From Desulfurococcales archaeon (GTDB taxonomy: Archaea > Thermoproteota > Thermoprotei_A > Sulfolobales > Desulfurococcaceae), in the NCBI GenBank assembly GCA_027022365.1, contig JALVYU010000026.1, positions 64,001 to 128,000 of the forward strand: a stretch of 64,000 nt of DNA, read 5' to 3'. Position 1 is the first letter of the stretch. The number at the start of each line of letters is the position of its first letter. Position numbers and translations under genes: made by a program. The notes beneath the pieces are model-generated. The model did no database searches. It worked only from the letters and a program-made list of their open reading frames with translations, and had not been told where the DNA came from. Shown in pieces: positions 39,646-48,209 of this stretch.

Positions 39646-40407
39646 TTGCCGGATTGGAATACTCATGTTAAATGGGCTAGTAGGCTCGGCATAGATAGGG
39701 AGATTGCAGAGTTTATCAATAAATTGATTGATGACCCTGAGGAAGTATTGAAGGATGACCCTACAGAGCTGGGTGAACTGTATAGGAGGGATCCGGAGGG
39801 CGTTAAAGCCGCCCTAATAGGACATGATTGGGGTAGGAAGGGTAAGGCTAGGCTTGACATTTTGAAGACTTACTGCCGTATACGGTTTGGGGAGAAGGGA
39901 GTAATGGCTACCGAACTACACCATGTCCTCGACTATTTAACACATATAAGAAGCCCGGAGAACCTGGCCAGAATAATTGTTAGCTCATCAATATTTCACG
40001 CGACAAGCGGTAAACCATTAAGCGAGAGGATGAAACTCGTAAAAGAATTCTACTGGAATAGAAGAAAATATTCTGAATCTCTGGAAAGGCTTACGGAAGA
40101 AATAGCGAAGCTGGACTATGAATCCTATAAGAACATAATAATCGAGCTCCTAAAGAATAAGGCACAAGAATGGGAGTTGCACAGAGAAGTCTATGACTTT
40201 GTGATCAATAACCTAGACGAGATACTGAAGGACATCGACAAGTATCTTGCAAAGAAAAGAAAACGAATAGCACGCTCACTATCGATTAACACACTAGACA
40301 AATGGACTGAAAAATTAACCGCTCTTCTCATAGGTATTATACAAGTCCTTATCCCAGTGTCTCTCGAACTGATAGCTCTCGTATCTTGTCCGTATTATTC
40401 GTGGTAG
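39646..40407 (+). CDS. MPxWxxH-type putative metal-dependent hydrolase
   Basis: MPDWNTH...ID...HDWG...HHVLD; 3' end overlaps the convergent gene by 93 nt. Confidence 0.6.
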   Translation: MPDWNTHVKWASRLGIDREIAEFINKLIDDPEEVLKDDPTELGELYRRDPEGVKAALIGHDWGRKGKARLDILKTYCRIRFGEKGVMATELHHVLDYLTHIRSPENLARIIVSSSIFHATSGKPLSERMKLVKEFYWNRRKYSESLERLTEEIAKLDYESYKNIIIELLKNKAQEWELHREVYDFVINNLDEILKDIDKYLAKKRKRIARSLSINTLDKWTEKLTALLIGIIQVLIPVSLELIALVSCPYYSW

Positions 40408-41532
40408 TCTTGGCAGGGCTGTTGCTCCGCGGTAAATGTATCTCCCCAGCTTGATTCCTGCTTTTACTCCATAGCCGGGGCCTAGACCCGTTGCCCCACT
40501 ACCAGCGGCACTAGCTAGGATGTATCCCCTGAATACCCTCACGGCAGGGTAGACCGTGTACCCTAGTAGTGCTGAAGCGGCAAAGCTCGCGAAACCGCTG
40601 CGGCCGACGAACATTGGTGCTATGAGTGGTATTGTTAGGCTCGCGATAGCTATCATTACTTTGACGATTGCATCCTCGAGGCTTGAGCCCGGAATACCCA
40701 TTGCTATTGCAGAGGCCACAGCGATCATTGAACCGGCTACGAGCTGAACCAGTGTTAGGGCTATCAGGGTCTCGATAAGCATAGCGGCTATCCTGTTTAT
40801 CTTGGGGATGAGGCTTAGGACGAGGAGTATCGGGAGAATAGCCGCCAGGGTAGCTACCGCCAGTATCCTCACGGCCCCGGCTACGGCTACCACGAGTATG
40901 AAGAGGAGTATCAACGGGTCAATGATGATGGCCAGCCCGCCTATGCTCCCGAAGCCTATACCGAGATACCATGACAACGTATCGGGCGGGCATAGATAAT
41001 ACGTTATGGCTGACAACAAGTGGACGGAGTACTCGTAGAGAAGCATGGATAGGGGTATGAGTACGGCTATCCAGAGACTCTTCTTAACCATGAGCATGCC
41101 CTCGCCCTCCCTGATCAACCCGAAGCTCTCCAGCCCAATAGATAATGCACCGAGGACTATGGGCAGAGATAGAAGGACATAGGCTACGAGCTTAGTCTTC
41201 TCATACAACATCAGCATCTCCGGTACACGGACCTCGTACCAGGAAACATTCTTTACCGGGCCCCAATCCGCATACTCCGGAATAGGGTTCCCTGGGACAG
41301 GCTTAGACGGAGCCCTCAGCAACGGGCCGACGGCTCCCCAGAAAGCACTGTTAAGCTGGCCTGCGAGCCACTTGAAAGCGGATAGTATGGCCTCCTTAAT
41401 CTTGTTGATGATGTCCTCGATAGGGTTCCCTGAGGGCTGAGACTCAAACCCGTACCCATAAACGCCTCCGGCGGGTCCAAGAACGATCAGCAGGGCTAAA
41501 AGGACCGCGAAACCCCTCATAATACGCCCCAA
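40315..41532 (-). CDS. VirB6/TrbL(CedA)-like multipass membrane protein
   Basis: Signal peptide, ~6-8 TM helices, Gly/Ala-rich tail; T4SS context. Confidence 0.65.
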   Translation of the reverse strand: MGRIMRGFAVLLALLIVLGPAGGVYGYGFESQPSGNPIEDIINKIKEAILSAFKWLAGQLNSAFWGAVGPLLRAPSKPVPGNPIPEYADWGPVKNVSWYEVRVPEMLMLYEKTKLVAYVLLSLPIVLGALSIGLESFGLIREGEGMLMVKKSLWIAVLIPLSMLLYEYSVHLLSAITYYLCPPDTLSWYLGIGFGSIGGLAIIIDPLILLFILVVAVAGAVRILAVATLAAILPILLVLSLIPKINRIAAMLIETLIALTLVQLVAGSMIAVASAIAMGIPGSSLEDAIVKVMIAIASLTIPLIAPMFVGRSGFASFAASALLGYTVYPAVRVFRGYILASAAGSGATGLGPGYGVKAGIKLGRYIYRGATALPRLPRIIRTRYESYQFERHWDKDLYNTYEKSG

Positions 41533-41583
41533 AAAGAAACAGCTTGGAGAAAGGATATAGTAACAGAACGGTAAAAAACCGTG

Positions 41584-41991
41584 TCAGTTCAGGCTATAAA
41601 GGAAAACATTTGAACCCGTAACAACGACTACTCTGTCAGGAAATCCATATTTTTCGGGAACATACAGCGTTATCTCCCTAACCATCCCCGGCTCCACGGT
41701 TACGGATACTGCCACGGAGTACCCCGGCACACCGAGCTTAACTATCCTGGCCTCCTCCCACCCGGCATTGTATATCCAGAGCTTGACAACATAGTGTCTA
41801 TTCTCGTAAGCTACACTATAGTCCGCCAAGACGAGCCTGACAGTTTTAGCGTGTGCTTCAAGGCCTATAAGGGAGCCGATGCCCGAAAACCCTCTCGCCT
41901 TCGAGAAGAGTATAGGGTAGGCTAGAGCGAATCCAGCAATGGTTATCCCTATGAGAACGATTGCCGCCACAACGTTTGATACGGCCTTCAA
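41584..41991 (-). CDS. archaeal type IV pilin
   Basis: Class III signal KA/VSNVVAAIVLIGITI. Confidence 0.8.
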   Translation of the reverse strand: MKAVSNVVAAIVLIGITIAGFALAYPILFSKARGFSGIGSLIGLEAHAKTVRLVLADYSVAYENRHYVVKLWIYNAGWEEARIVKLGVPGYSVAVSVTVEPGMVREITLYVPEKYGFPDRVVVVTGSNVFLYSLN

Positions 41992-41994
41992 GGC

Positions 41995-42519
41995 TCACCC
42001 TACTCCTCTCCTGCACATAATGTTGACGGACACAGTCTTCGTGTTGCCGTAGGGATCCGAGTAGGTTATCTTGACAACATATGTTTTCCCTACACCTATG
42101 TCCTGCTTGTCCAGGGTGAAGGTCCATGTATCACTGTATGTCTCGCCGGGAAGTATCTGCTTCCCCACGTTGATCGTGTACCTGGTCCCCCACTGCCCCT
42201 GGCTATCCGTCCCAATGATCTCTATCTTCGTTATGGTGGCGGGATCCGTGCCCGAGTTAGCCAGCTTAACGCTCACCATGTAGTCGTACTCGGTCTTCCA
42301 CTGCCACCCCTGCTTAACCCTGCTGGTGCCCAGATAGTATAGCTCGACGCCGCTGACCGCTATGGCTGCTCCCTTAGGGTTGCTACTCTTTATCGTCGTG
42401 GTCATGTAGTAGCCCAGCAGCAATGCACCCGCTATAGCCACACCTATCAAGACCACGGCCGCTATGACGGGGCTTATAGCCTTCATCCTCTTCCTACCCA
42501 TAGAGGGCACCCGGTACAA
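41995..42519 (-). CDS. archaeal type IV pilin
   Basis: Class III signal RKRMKA/ISPVIAAVVLIGVAI. Confidence 0.85.
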   Translation of the reverse strand: MYRVPSMGRKRMKAISPVIAAVVLIGVAIAGALLLGYYMTTTIKSSNPKGAAIAVSGVELYYLGTSRVKQGWQWKTEYDYMVSVKLANSGTDPATITKIEIIGTDSQGQWGTRYTINVGKQILPGETYSDTWTFTLDKQDIGVGKTYVVKITYSDPYGNTKTVSVNIMCRRGVG

Positions 42520-42524
42520 GATAC

Positions 42525-43100
42525 GTGGTAAAAGACATAGTTACGTATCATGAATGCTCCGTAACTATTCCTCGCCACAACGCTCATAGCGGGAGAGAAG
42601 GTATGGCCAAGCTACTAGCACACCAGATCCTGGGACTAGCGGTAGCCTACTATGTCCTAAGACCAGGAGACCTCGTGCAGGCATTCATATATGGAGGCCT
42701 AGCCCTATTAGGCTCCGTGACTCCTGATCTGGACGGGTTGCGTAAACACCGGGCAACCCTCCACAACATATTCGCCCTCATCCTGGCCGGACTAACGATA
42801 TATATGGTTCTTAATACTGTTGAAGCCCTGAACATGGCTCCGGTAAACCTGTATCCGGCCAGTTCAGCTGTAGCCTACATACTAGCCTATCTAAGCCACC
42901 TACTAGCCGATATACCGACTGGATCCGGAGTAGCAATTCTCTATCCACTATCTAATAAGAAGATCGGAATACTAGGCCTCAAATACGACAATATGGTGTA
43001 CAACGGTTTACTGGTAGCCCTAGCTACTCTGCTCCTCTACTCGTTCTTCACCAATGCACTGACCCCTTATTATACTATAAGGGATTGGTTTATCCCCTGA
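42525..43100 (+). CDS. YdjM/DUF457-type membrane metal-dependent hydrolase (likely start 42603)
   Basis: H...PDLD...HRATLH...HLLAD...G...LYP motifs. Confidence 0.8.
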   Translation: MVKDIVTYHECSVTIPRHNAHSGREGMAKLLAHQILGLAVAYYVLRPGDLVQAFIYGGLALLGSVTPDLDGLRKHRATLHNIFALILAGLTIYMVLNTVEALNMAPVNLYPASSAVAYILAYLSHLLADIPTGSGVAILYPLSNKKIGILGLKYDNMVYNGLLVALATLLLYSFFTNALTPYYTIRDWFIP

Positions 43101-43210
43101 ACCAAGCATTCATGGTATGTACCCCAACGGCTACCGAGAAAAGCTTGAGGCCTAGTTGTTGAAGCAACTATGTATCCAGGATTCCTAGGTCATGAAAGGG
43201 GTGAAAAGAT

Positions 43211-43438
43211 ATGGGCTTGGTCGTGGTCAGGACCTCTCTAGACCTTGAAAAGCTGGCCAGGCGACTGAAAAAACTCGGGTACGAGGAGATAACGCCAGGA
43301 GACCTCGCAGAGCTCTTCGGCACAAACAGGATTTGGGCGGGGAAGATACTCGCCAGGATGGAGGAGCTCGGTCTGGTGGAGAGGCTGAACTCCCGTAAGG
43401 CCAGGCCGGCAAAGTACAGGATCATTGTAAACCAGTAA
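43211..43438 (+). CDS. small winged-HTH protein
   Basis: ITPGDLAELFG...LARMEELGLVE. Confidence 0.7.
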   Translation: MGLVVVRTSLDLEKLARRLKKLGYEEITPGDLAELFGTNRIWAGKILARMEELGLVERLNSRKARPAKYRIIVNQ

Positions 43439-43480
43439 CTATGCAGGAAGTAGCCCGGGAAGTATTAACGGTGCACGGGC

Positions 43481-43813
43481 TTGAGGCTGTGGGTAAAATT
43501 TAAGAAGATATCCCGGCTCATACCGCTGTGGCTGGCCACTGGTTTATCGGCGGTGGCCTACGCCCAGGGAGGGGAGGCCCCGCCCGAGGAACTCACGGAA
43601 ATGGTCGACAAGATCCTGAGCCTGCTACAGTACATAGGGGTAGCAGTGCTTATAGGAGGAATGATCTATGCGGGGATTCAGCTCGCGGCGGCAGACACAC
43701 CGGAGGAGCAGGCCCGGGCAAAGAAGAGGATAGCAGCAATACTCCTAGCAGGAGCCATAATGGCTTTAGCCAAGCCTATAGTGAGCTGGCTCACCGGATT
43801 GAATCCGCCCTAA
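43481..43813 (+). CDS. VirB2/TrbC-like conjugative pilin
   Basis: Signal peptide ending AYA, then two hydrophobic helices joined by a basic loop (EQARAKKRI). Confidence 0.72.
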   Translation: MRLWVKFKKISRLIPLWLATGLSAVAYAQGGEAPPEELTEMVDKILSLLQYIGVAVLIGGMIYAGIQLAAADTPEEQARAKKRIAAILLAGAIMALAKPIVSWLTGLNPP

Positions 43814-43989
43814 CTCCCTTTATTTTTCTCCGACTCTATAATTTACTTTTATGTCATTAGAGTAAACCATAATATATTCTCAGCAATATATCATATCAGG
43901 GGAGGGGAGTAGCCCTGAGAGAGCCTACGGGAGATGTTAAGGTTAAGAAGCTGGGGAGACAGCTTCTAATCAATATTCCTAGAGACGTA

Positions 43990-44358
43990 GTGGCTCATCT
44001 TGGCATGAAGCCGGGCTCCTTGGAAATAGTGTTGATGACCAGTGATAAGATTGTGCTTAGACGGGGCATGGGCCCGGTCAGGGTAGTGGATGTGGGGAGG
44101 GGGAAGCTGAGACTGTATATTGGTGAGGATAAAGCCCCCTTCAAAGAAGGAGAGCGGGTCCTGGTAACGGTCCAGGACGATAAGCTGGTGGTCAAGCGTA
44201 TAGACTACTACGTCGTGAAGCCGACCAAAGGGCGGGGACAGTACAGGGTAAACATACCCTGGGAACTAGCAGAGAAAACCGGCCTGGATAAGTATCGATT
44301 AGTCAAAATATATAGTGATGGAAAAAGGGTAGTGCTGGAGCCTTTCGCCGAGATATAA
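43990..44358 (+). CDS. tandem AbrB/SpoVT-like DNA-binding protein
   Basis: Repeated GQYRVNIP/LLINIP/LRLYIG motifs; frame is open upstream to ~43909 without a canonical start. Confidence 0.6.
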   Translation: MAHLGMKPGSLEIVLMTSDKIVLRRGMGPVRVVDVGRGKLRLYIGEDKAPFKEGERVLVTVQDDKLVVKRIDYYVVKPTKGRGQYRVNIPWELAEKTGLDKYRLVKIYSDGKRVVLEPFAEI

Positions 44359-44363
44359 TAAAT

Positions 44364-44416
44364 ATTATGTGTTAAGGGCATAATATTTAAATAATATTAT
44401 GTCCTAAACACATAAT
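44364..44416. promoter_or_regulatory. inverted-repeat operator pair flanking the TATA box of the HEPN-MNT operon
   Basis: ATTATGTGTTAAGGGCATAAT and its near-perfect reverse complement flank TTTAAATA. Confidence 0.65.
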
Positions 44417-44418
44417 GG

Positions 44419-44808
44419 TTGAGAATATTGGAACAGTGGAGAAAATACTTGGAAGCCGCTAAGAGATTCTTAAGATCAGCCGAGAAAATCCTAGATGAAT
44501 CACCAGAAGCAGTACCGCTATTAGCTCATAGAGCATTAGAACACATGATCATGGCTCTCTCATACTACTATACCCCAGAAGAAGCAAACTTACTCAACAC
44601 CCACGGCCGTAGGAGGAGCTGGATAACACGAATGATCCACCAGGGAAAAATACCATACAGACTCCTATCAATATTCGATGAGCTAACGAGGATCTATAAG
44701 AGGAGCACATATTTATTAGAGAACGGAGAACTAGCAAGGAGATCCCTAGAACTCGCCAAAGAGGCTTTGGAGAATATAAAGGAATCATTAAAGGGCGGCA
44801 CAGAATGA
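44419..44808 (+). CDS. HEPN domain protein
   Basis: A.RFL.SA, AHRALEH...THG pattern; coupled to MNT. Confidence 0.75.
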   Translation: MRILEQWRKYLEAAKRFLRSAEKILDESPEAVPLLAHRALEHMIMALSYYYTPEEANLLNTHGRRRSWITRMIHQGKIPYRLLSIFDELTRIYKRSTYLLENGELARRSLELAKEALENIKESLKGGTE

Positions 44809-45413
44809 GTCTCCCCACCAACATATTGATAGGGATCCTCCGAGAGATAACCAAGGAAATAATCCGAGAATGCAGAAACGTATACCAGGTCATACTCTAC
44901 GGTAGCTACGCCCGCGGAGATGCAGGTCCTAAGAGCGATGTAGACCTCCTAATAGTATCGGAGGACCCGAGAATATGCGAGGAAAAAACTATGAGAATAG
45001 GGGCTGAAAAAGGACTATCAATACTTCAACCAGTAGCTATCTCACCAGACGAACTAACTGAGCCCGAGAAGAAGAAACTATATCTTAATGCCCTACTAGA
45101 AGGCCTACTACTCTACCAGTCCCCAGCATCAGAACCAGTCAAGACAGCACCCCCAAAATACAAACCATACCTAATCATAAAATATAGAGCACCACCAGAA
45201 CACCGGAGAAAACTCACTGGCACAACAGTCGTTCAAAGAGGCCACAAGATGAGAGCACGAGGACTCATAGAAAAAATGGGAGGAATAAGATTAGGGCCCG
45301 GAGTATTCATGATAGAATACACGAAATGGCCACCACTAGAACTAATCATGCAAAAACTAAGAGTAGAATACAAGATAAAACACATAATACTAGCCAAAAC
45401 AGATTTCATATAA
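44805..45413 (+). CDS. minimal nucleotidyltransferase (MNT) with C-terminal extension
   Basis: LYGSYARG...SDVDLL. Confidence 0.85.
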   Translation: MSLPTNILIGILREITKEIIRECRNVYQVILYGSYARGDAGPKSDVDLLIVSEDPRICEEKTMRIGAEKGLSILQPVAISPDELTEPEKKKLYLNALLEGLLLYQSPASEPVKTAPPKYKPYLIIKYRAPPEHRRKLTGTTVVQRGHKMRARGLIEKMGGIRLGPGVFMIEYTKWPPLELIMQKLRVEYKIKHIILAKTDFI

Positions 45414-45465
45414 AAGTATATGATTTAAATGTGAAGCAAACGGCTTTTCCACGGATCACGAGTAT

Positions 45466-45796
45466 GTAGCCATAGCTACAGCGTGGAAAGGCGGAGCACG
45501 AAGGGAAAACCGTGACTGGAGCAGGTTCACCTATGGGATAAGGATAGGAAGGCGCGGTAGAGACGCCCTATTCAGCAGAGCCTGGAGCTACGTCGAGCTA
45601 ATCATTGAGGATAAGTACCGTATAAGCGTGGAGATAACGGATTCATTCTGGAGAAAATGCTCAGAGCTCAGGCACGAGTTCTTTAAACACTACTTCAGAG
45701 AAAAAGAATATAATCCATGGCCCAAAAGGAAACCCACCAAAATTCATGCTCGTACATGTAAGGGATAACGTGTTTAAGCTATACCCACTAGACTAG
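45466..45796 (+). pseudogene. decayed hypothetical gene (ATAW...YGIRI...SFWRKCSELR...PWPKGNPP)
   Basis: Long protein-like open frame with no start codon; +1 shift in the A4 run at ~45724. Confidence 0.5.
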
Positions 45797-45902
45797 TATC
45801 AATGATCTCAATAGCTGGAAGATCACTACGCATTTTGGACACCGTTGATACGGAGATATAATGAAACATAGTTATATGTAATTCATTACCGTTGAACATA
45901 AT

Positions 45903-46553
45903 TTGTTACTCGACAATAATACAGTATATAGAGGCTTCCAGAGGCGTAGAAGAATTGAAGACAAAATATCTCGAAGCATGATTGAATCAAAGCTTATCCA
46001 ACTAGGTCTTGATAAGATAACATTTAAGAATACTAATCAATTTAAACGATCTAGAAATATCAGAGCAAAGATCTCAAAATTGAAGAAAGAACTCCGTCGG
46101 AAAGGCTTATCAAAAGAAGAAATTGAAAAACATGTTGAAGAGCTAAAAGATAAAGAGGAGGAAAAACTCCGGAGAAGAGTAGTCGGATTAATAGCTGATA
46201 TAGTATACAAACTTATCCGTGGAGGAACAACCAGTAAGCGGCTTACAAGGATCCCTTATTATAAGAAATGGTATTTAGAGAAATACCTAGACTTCCTAAT
46301 ACACCAAGGCATGATTAAAGCCATATACAGAGGGCCGCGGCCCAAAGAATTCGAAGATGAGAGATGCAGAAGGGTGCGTTCTATACCTGGGGATCCTTGG
46401 GATAAAGACCCTTATAGAAGCGGAGAGCTGAAGATATGGCTCTTTTACACGACAGGTAATAAGACTCTTAGAGAGAAGAGACTGAAATGCTGGGCACCAT
46501 ATATAGTGATTGATTTCTCTCCGCTAATAGATAGAGTTTCCGGTGATAAATAG
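45903..46553 (+). CDS. basic hypothetical protein
   Basis: 216-aa K/R-rich ORF. Confidence 0.55.
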   Translation: MLLDNNTVYRGFQRRRRIEDKISRSMIESKLIQLGLDKITFKNTNQFKRSRNIRAKISKLKKELRRKGLSKEEIEKHVEELKDKEEEKLRRRVVGLIADIVYKLIRGGTTSKRLTRIPYYKKWYLEKYLDFLIHQGMIKAIYRGPRPKEFEDERCRRVRSIPGDPWDKDPYRSGELKIWLFYTTGNKTLREKRLKCWAPYIVIDFSPLIDRVSGDK

Positions 46554-46556
46554 GTT

Positions 46557-46991
46557 TCAGAGAAAGCTTCTGATTATTTCTTCGGCTAGAGGCTGGATGG
46601 TGTAGAACGCTATAATAGATACTACTATGACTATAATTGCTCTTAGAGTATTTCTCACTGTAAAATCTATTGTTTTACTGGTAAGGACAGCTAGTGCTAT
46701 GGAGGAGAGTAGCATAGACGATTTTATCTCGTTCAACAGATCGGATTCGATGCTTACCGAACCTATGGGAACTAGATCGGTGAGTTCACTGCTAACATTG
46801 ACTCCCGAAGCGAAGCTGGTGCTCAGCCCTGTTACTAGTGAAACTGTTAATACCAGCATTACCGGGGTGGTGTAGGCTAGGAGCTGCAATACCTGACGGA
46901 CACCGAGATCCCCTATAAACGGAAAGCTGAACAGTGGTTGCATCCACCAAGGTTCGTCATCAACTGCTGGAACTCTAACTTCTCTAGGCAT
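46557..46991 (-). CDS. membrane protein with PrgI/VirB3-like N-terminus
   Basis: VRVP...FIGDLGVRQ followed by TM helices. Confidence 0.45.
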   Translation of the reverse strand: MPREVRVPAVDDEPWWMQPLFSFPFIGDLGVRQVLQLLAYTTPVMLVLTVSLVTGLSTSFASGVNVSSELTDLVPIGSVSIESDLLNEIKSSMLLSSIALAVLTSKTIDFTVRNTLRAIIVIVVSIIAFYTIQPLAEEIIRSFL

Positions 46992-47134
46992 TAACTATAC
47001 CAATATAGGTGAGAACGCCAAGAGTATAGTAGCAGATCATAAATAAAGCGTTATAGCCGTCAACAGATCAATAATAATCTGTAAATTCCTGAGAGGCGAG
47101 AAAGCTTGAGGGGAGAGACCCGAACTAAAATATA

Positions 47135-47292
47135 TGGTCCCGCGGGGGGGACTTGAACCCCCGACCACCCGGTATCTGCGAGCCACGCCGCCCCGCCTTC
47201 ATCCAGGCCCGATCATTCACGGGCCGGTATGGCGGGTGGGGGGCTCGGCTTCCCCACTACAGCCGGGCGCTCTGCCGCTGAGCTACCGCGGG
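47135..47292 (-). tRNA. tRNA-Tyr(GTA) with 83-nt intron (47174-47256)
   Basis: Cloverleaf, CT-GTA-G anticodon loop, GTTCAAGTC T-loop, encoded CCA. Confidence 0.93.
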
Positions 47293-47356
47293 ACCACCCA
47301 TTACTGTTCTAGTCTTATGGTGGGATTTATATTTTTGTGGTCTATTCTATTGTATC

Positions 47357-48028
47357 GTGTTGGTGTCTATTATGGGGTCCATGATTTCGGAGAATATCGA
47401 CCGTGTTTTGCCCCGTGATATTGAGGAAATAGATAATGCTTTATCCGTGAAGGATGAGGTTCGCGAGGAAACCATCAGGATTACTCGGGATATTCTCCGG
47501 CTCAGTACCGAGGCTGTCAGAATGATTCATCTTAGAAGGTATGATGATGCACGTAAGAATATTGAGGCGGCCTCGCACCTAGTGTCTACATTAAAGGATT
47601 TGCTGCGGGAACACCCGGATCTCTACTATAGCGGGCTCGTCTATAATAGTGTATCAGAATATGCTGAGGCGAGGATATCGTATAGCTTGATCGTCGAGAA
47701 GAACATGCCGAGCTACAAGGAGCTAGATATACACTATGTACCGTATCTGCAGGGACTCGGAGACGTGATTGGGGAGCTGAGGAGACACGTCATAATGCTC
47801 CTTAATGAAGCAAGAATAGATGAGGCCAACGAATACGTCAATGTTATGGAGACTATATACTTGTGGCTACGAAAGCTGAACTATCCCGACGCCCTAGTGC
47901 CTGGGCTAAGACACAAAGTAGACGTCGCTAGGAGGCTGATCGAGGACACACGAGTATTACTATTGAACACTAGGAATGCACTCAAAGTATCACAGACTAT
48001 CGAGAAAATATTGGAGAACACAGGATAA
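47357..48028 (+). CDS. translin/TRAX family protein
   Basis: REE..R, EYAEA, YLQGLGDVIGELRR and LRHKVD motifs. Confidence 0.85.
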   Translation: MLVSIMGSMISENIDRVLPRDIEEIDNALSVKDEVREETIRITRDILRLSTEAVRMIHLRRYDDARKNIEAASHLVSTLKDLLREHPDLYYSGLVYNSVSEYAEARISYSLIVEKNMPSYKELDIHYVPYLQGLGDVIGELRRHVIMLLNEARIDEANEYVNVMETIYLWLRKLNYPDALVPGLRHKVDVARRLIEDTRVLLLNTRNALKVSQTIEKILENTG

Positions 48029-48042
48029 AACATGATGAGAAG

Positions 48043-48144
48043 TGGTGCGGCGGCCGGGATTTGAACCCGGGATCTCCGGCGCTCAACGGCAAGGACTACT
48101 GCCTTGGCAGGCCGGCGTCCTAGTCCAGGCTAGACGACCGCCGC
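48043..48144 (-). tRNA. tRNA-Gly(GCC) with 23-nt intron (48082-48104)
   Basis: Cloverleaf, CT-GCC-A anticodon loop, encoded CCA. Confidence 0.93.
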
Positions 48145-48209
48145 GTATCCAGTGTATCCATGATTGTTCCAGGGGATATAAAATTGTTTTCGGGGTATCC
48201 CTAGAAAAA

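Larger units (their letters stand above)
13428..47103. mobile_element. integrated, partly decayed conjugative-type element / genomic island; ends approximate
   Basis: Integrase at the left edge, recombinases, T4SS-like genes, TA system and AT-rich cargo between housekeeping flanks; right end abuts the 3' end of tRNA-Tyr; no long att repeat seen. Confidence 0.78.

Noticed and set aside
47134-47418. ORFs over tRNA genes (also 48042-48257, 56913-57329, 57252-57458)
   Set aside because: Antisense translations of tRNA genes.
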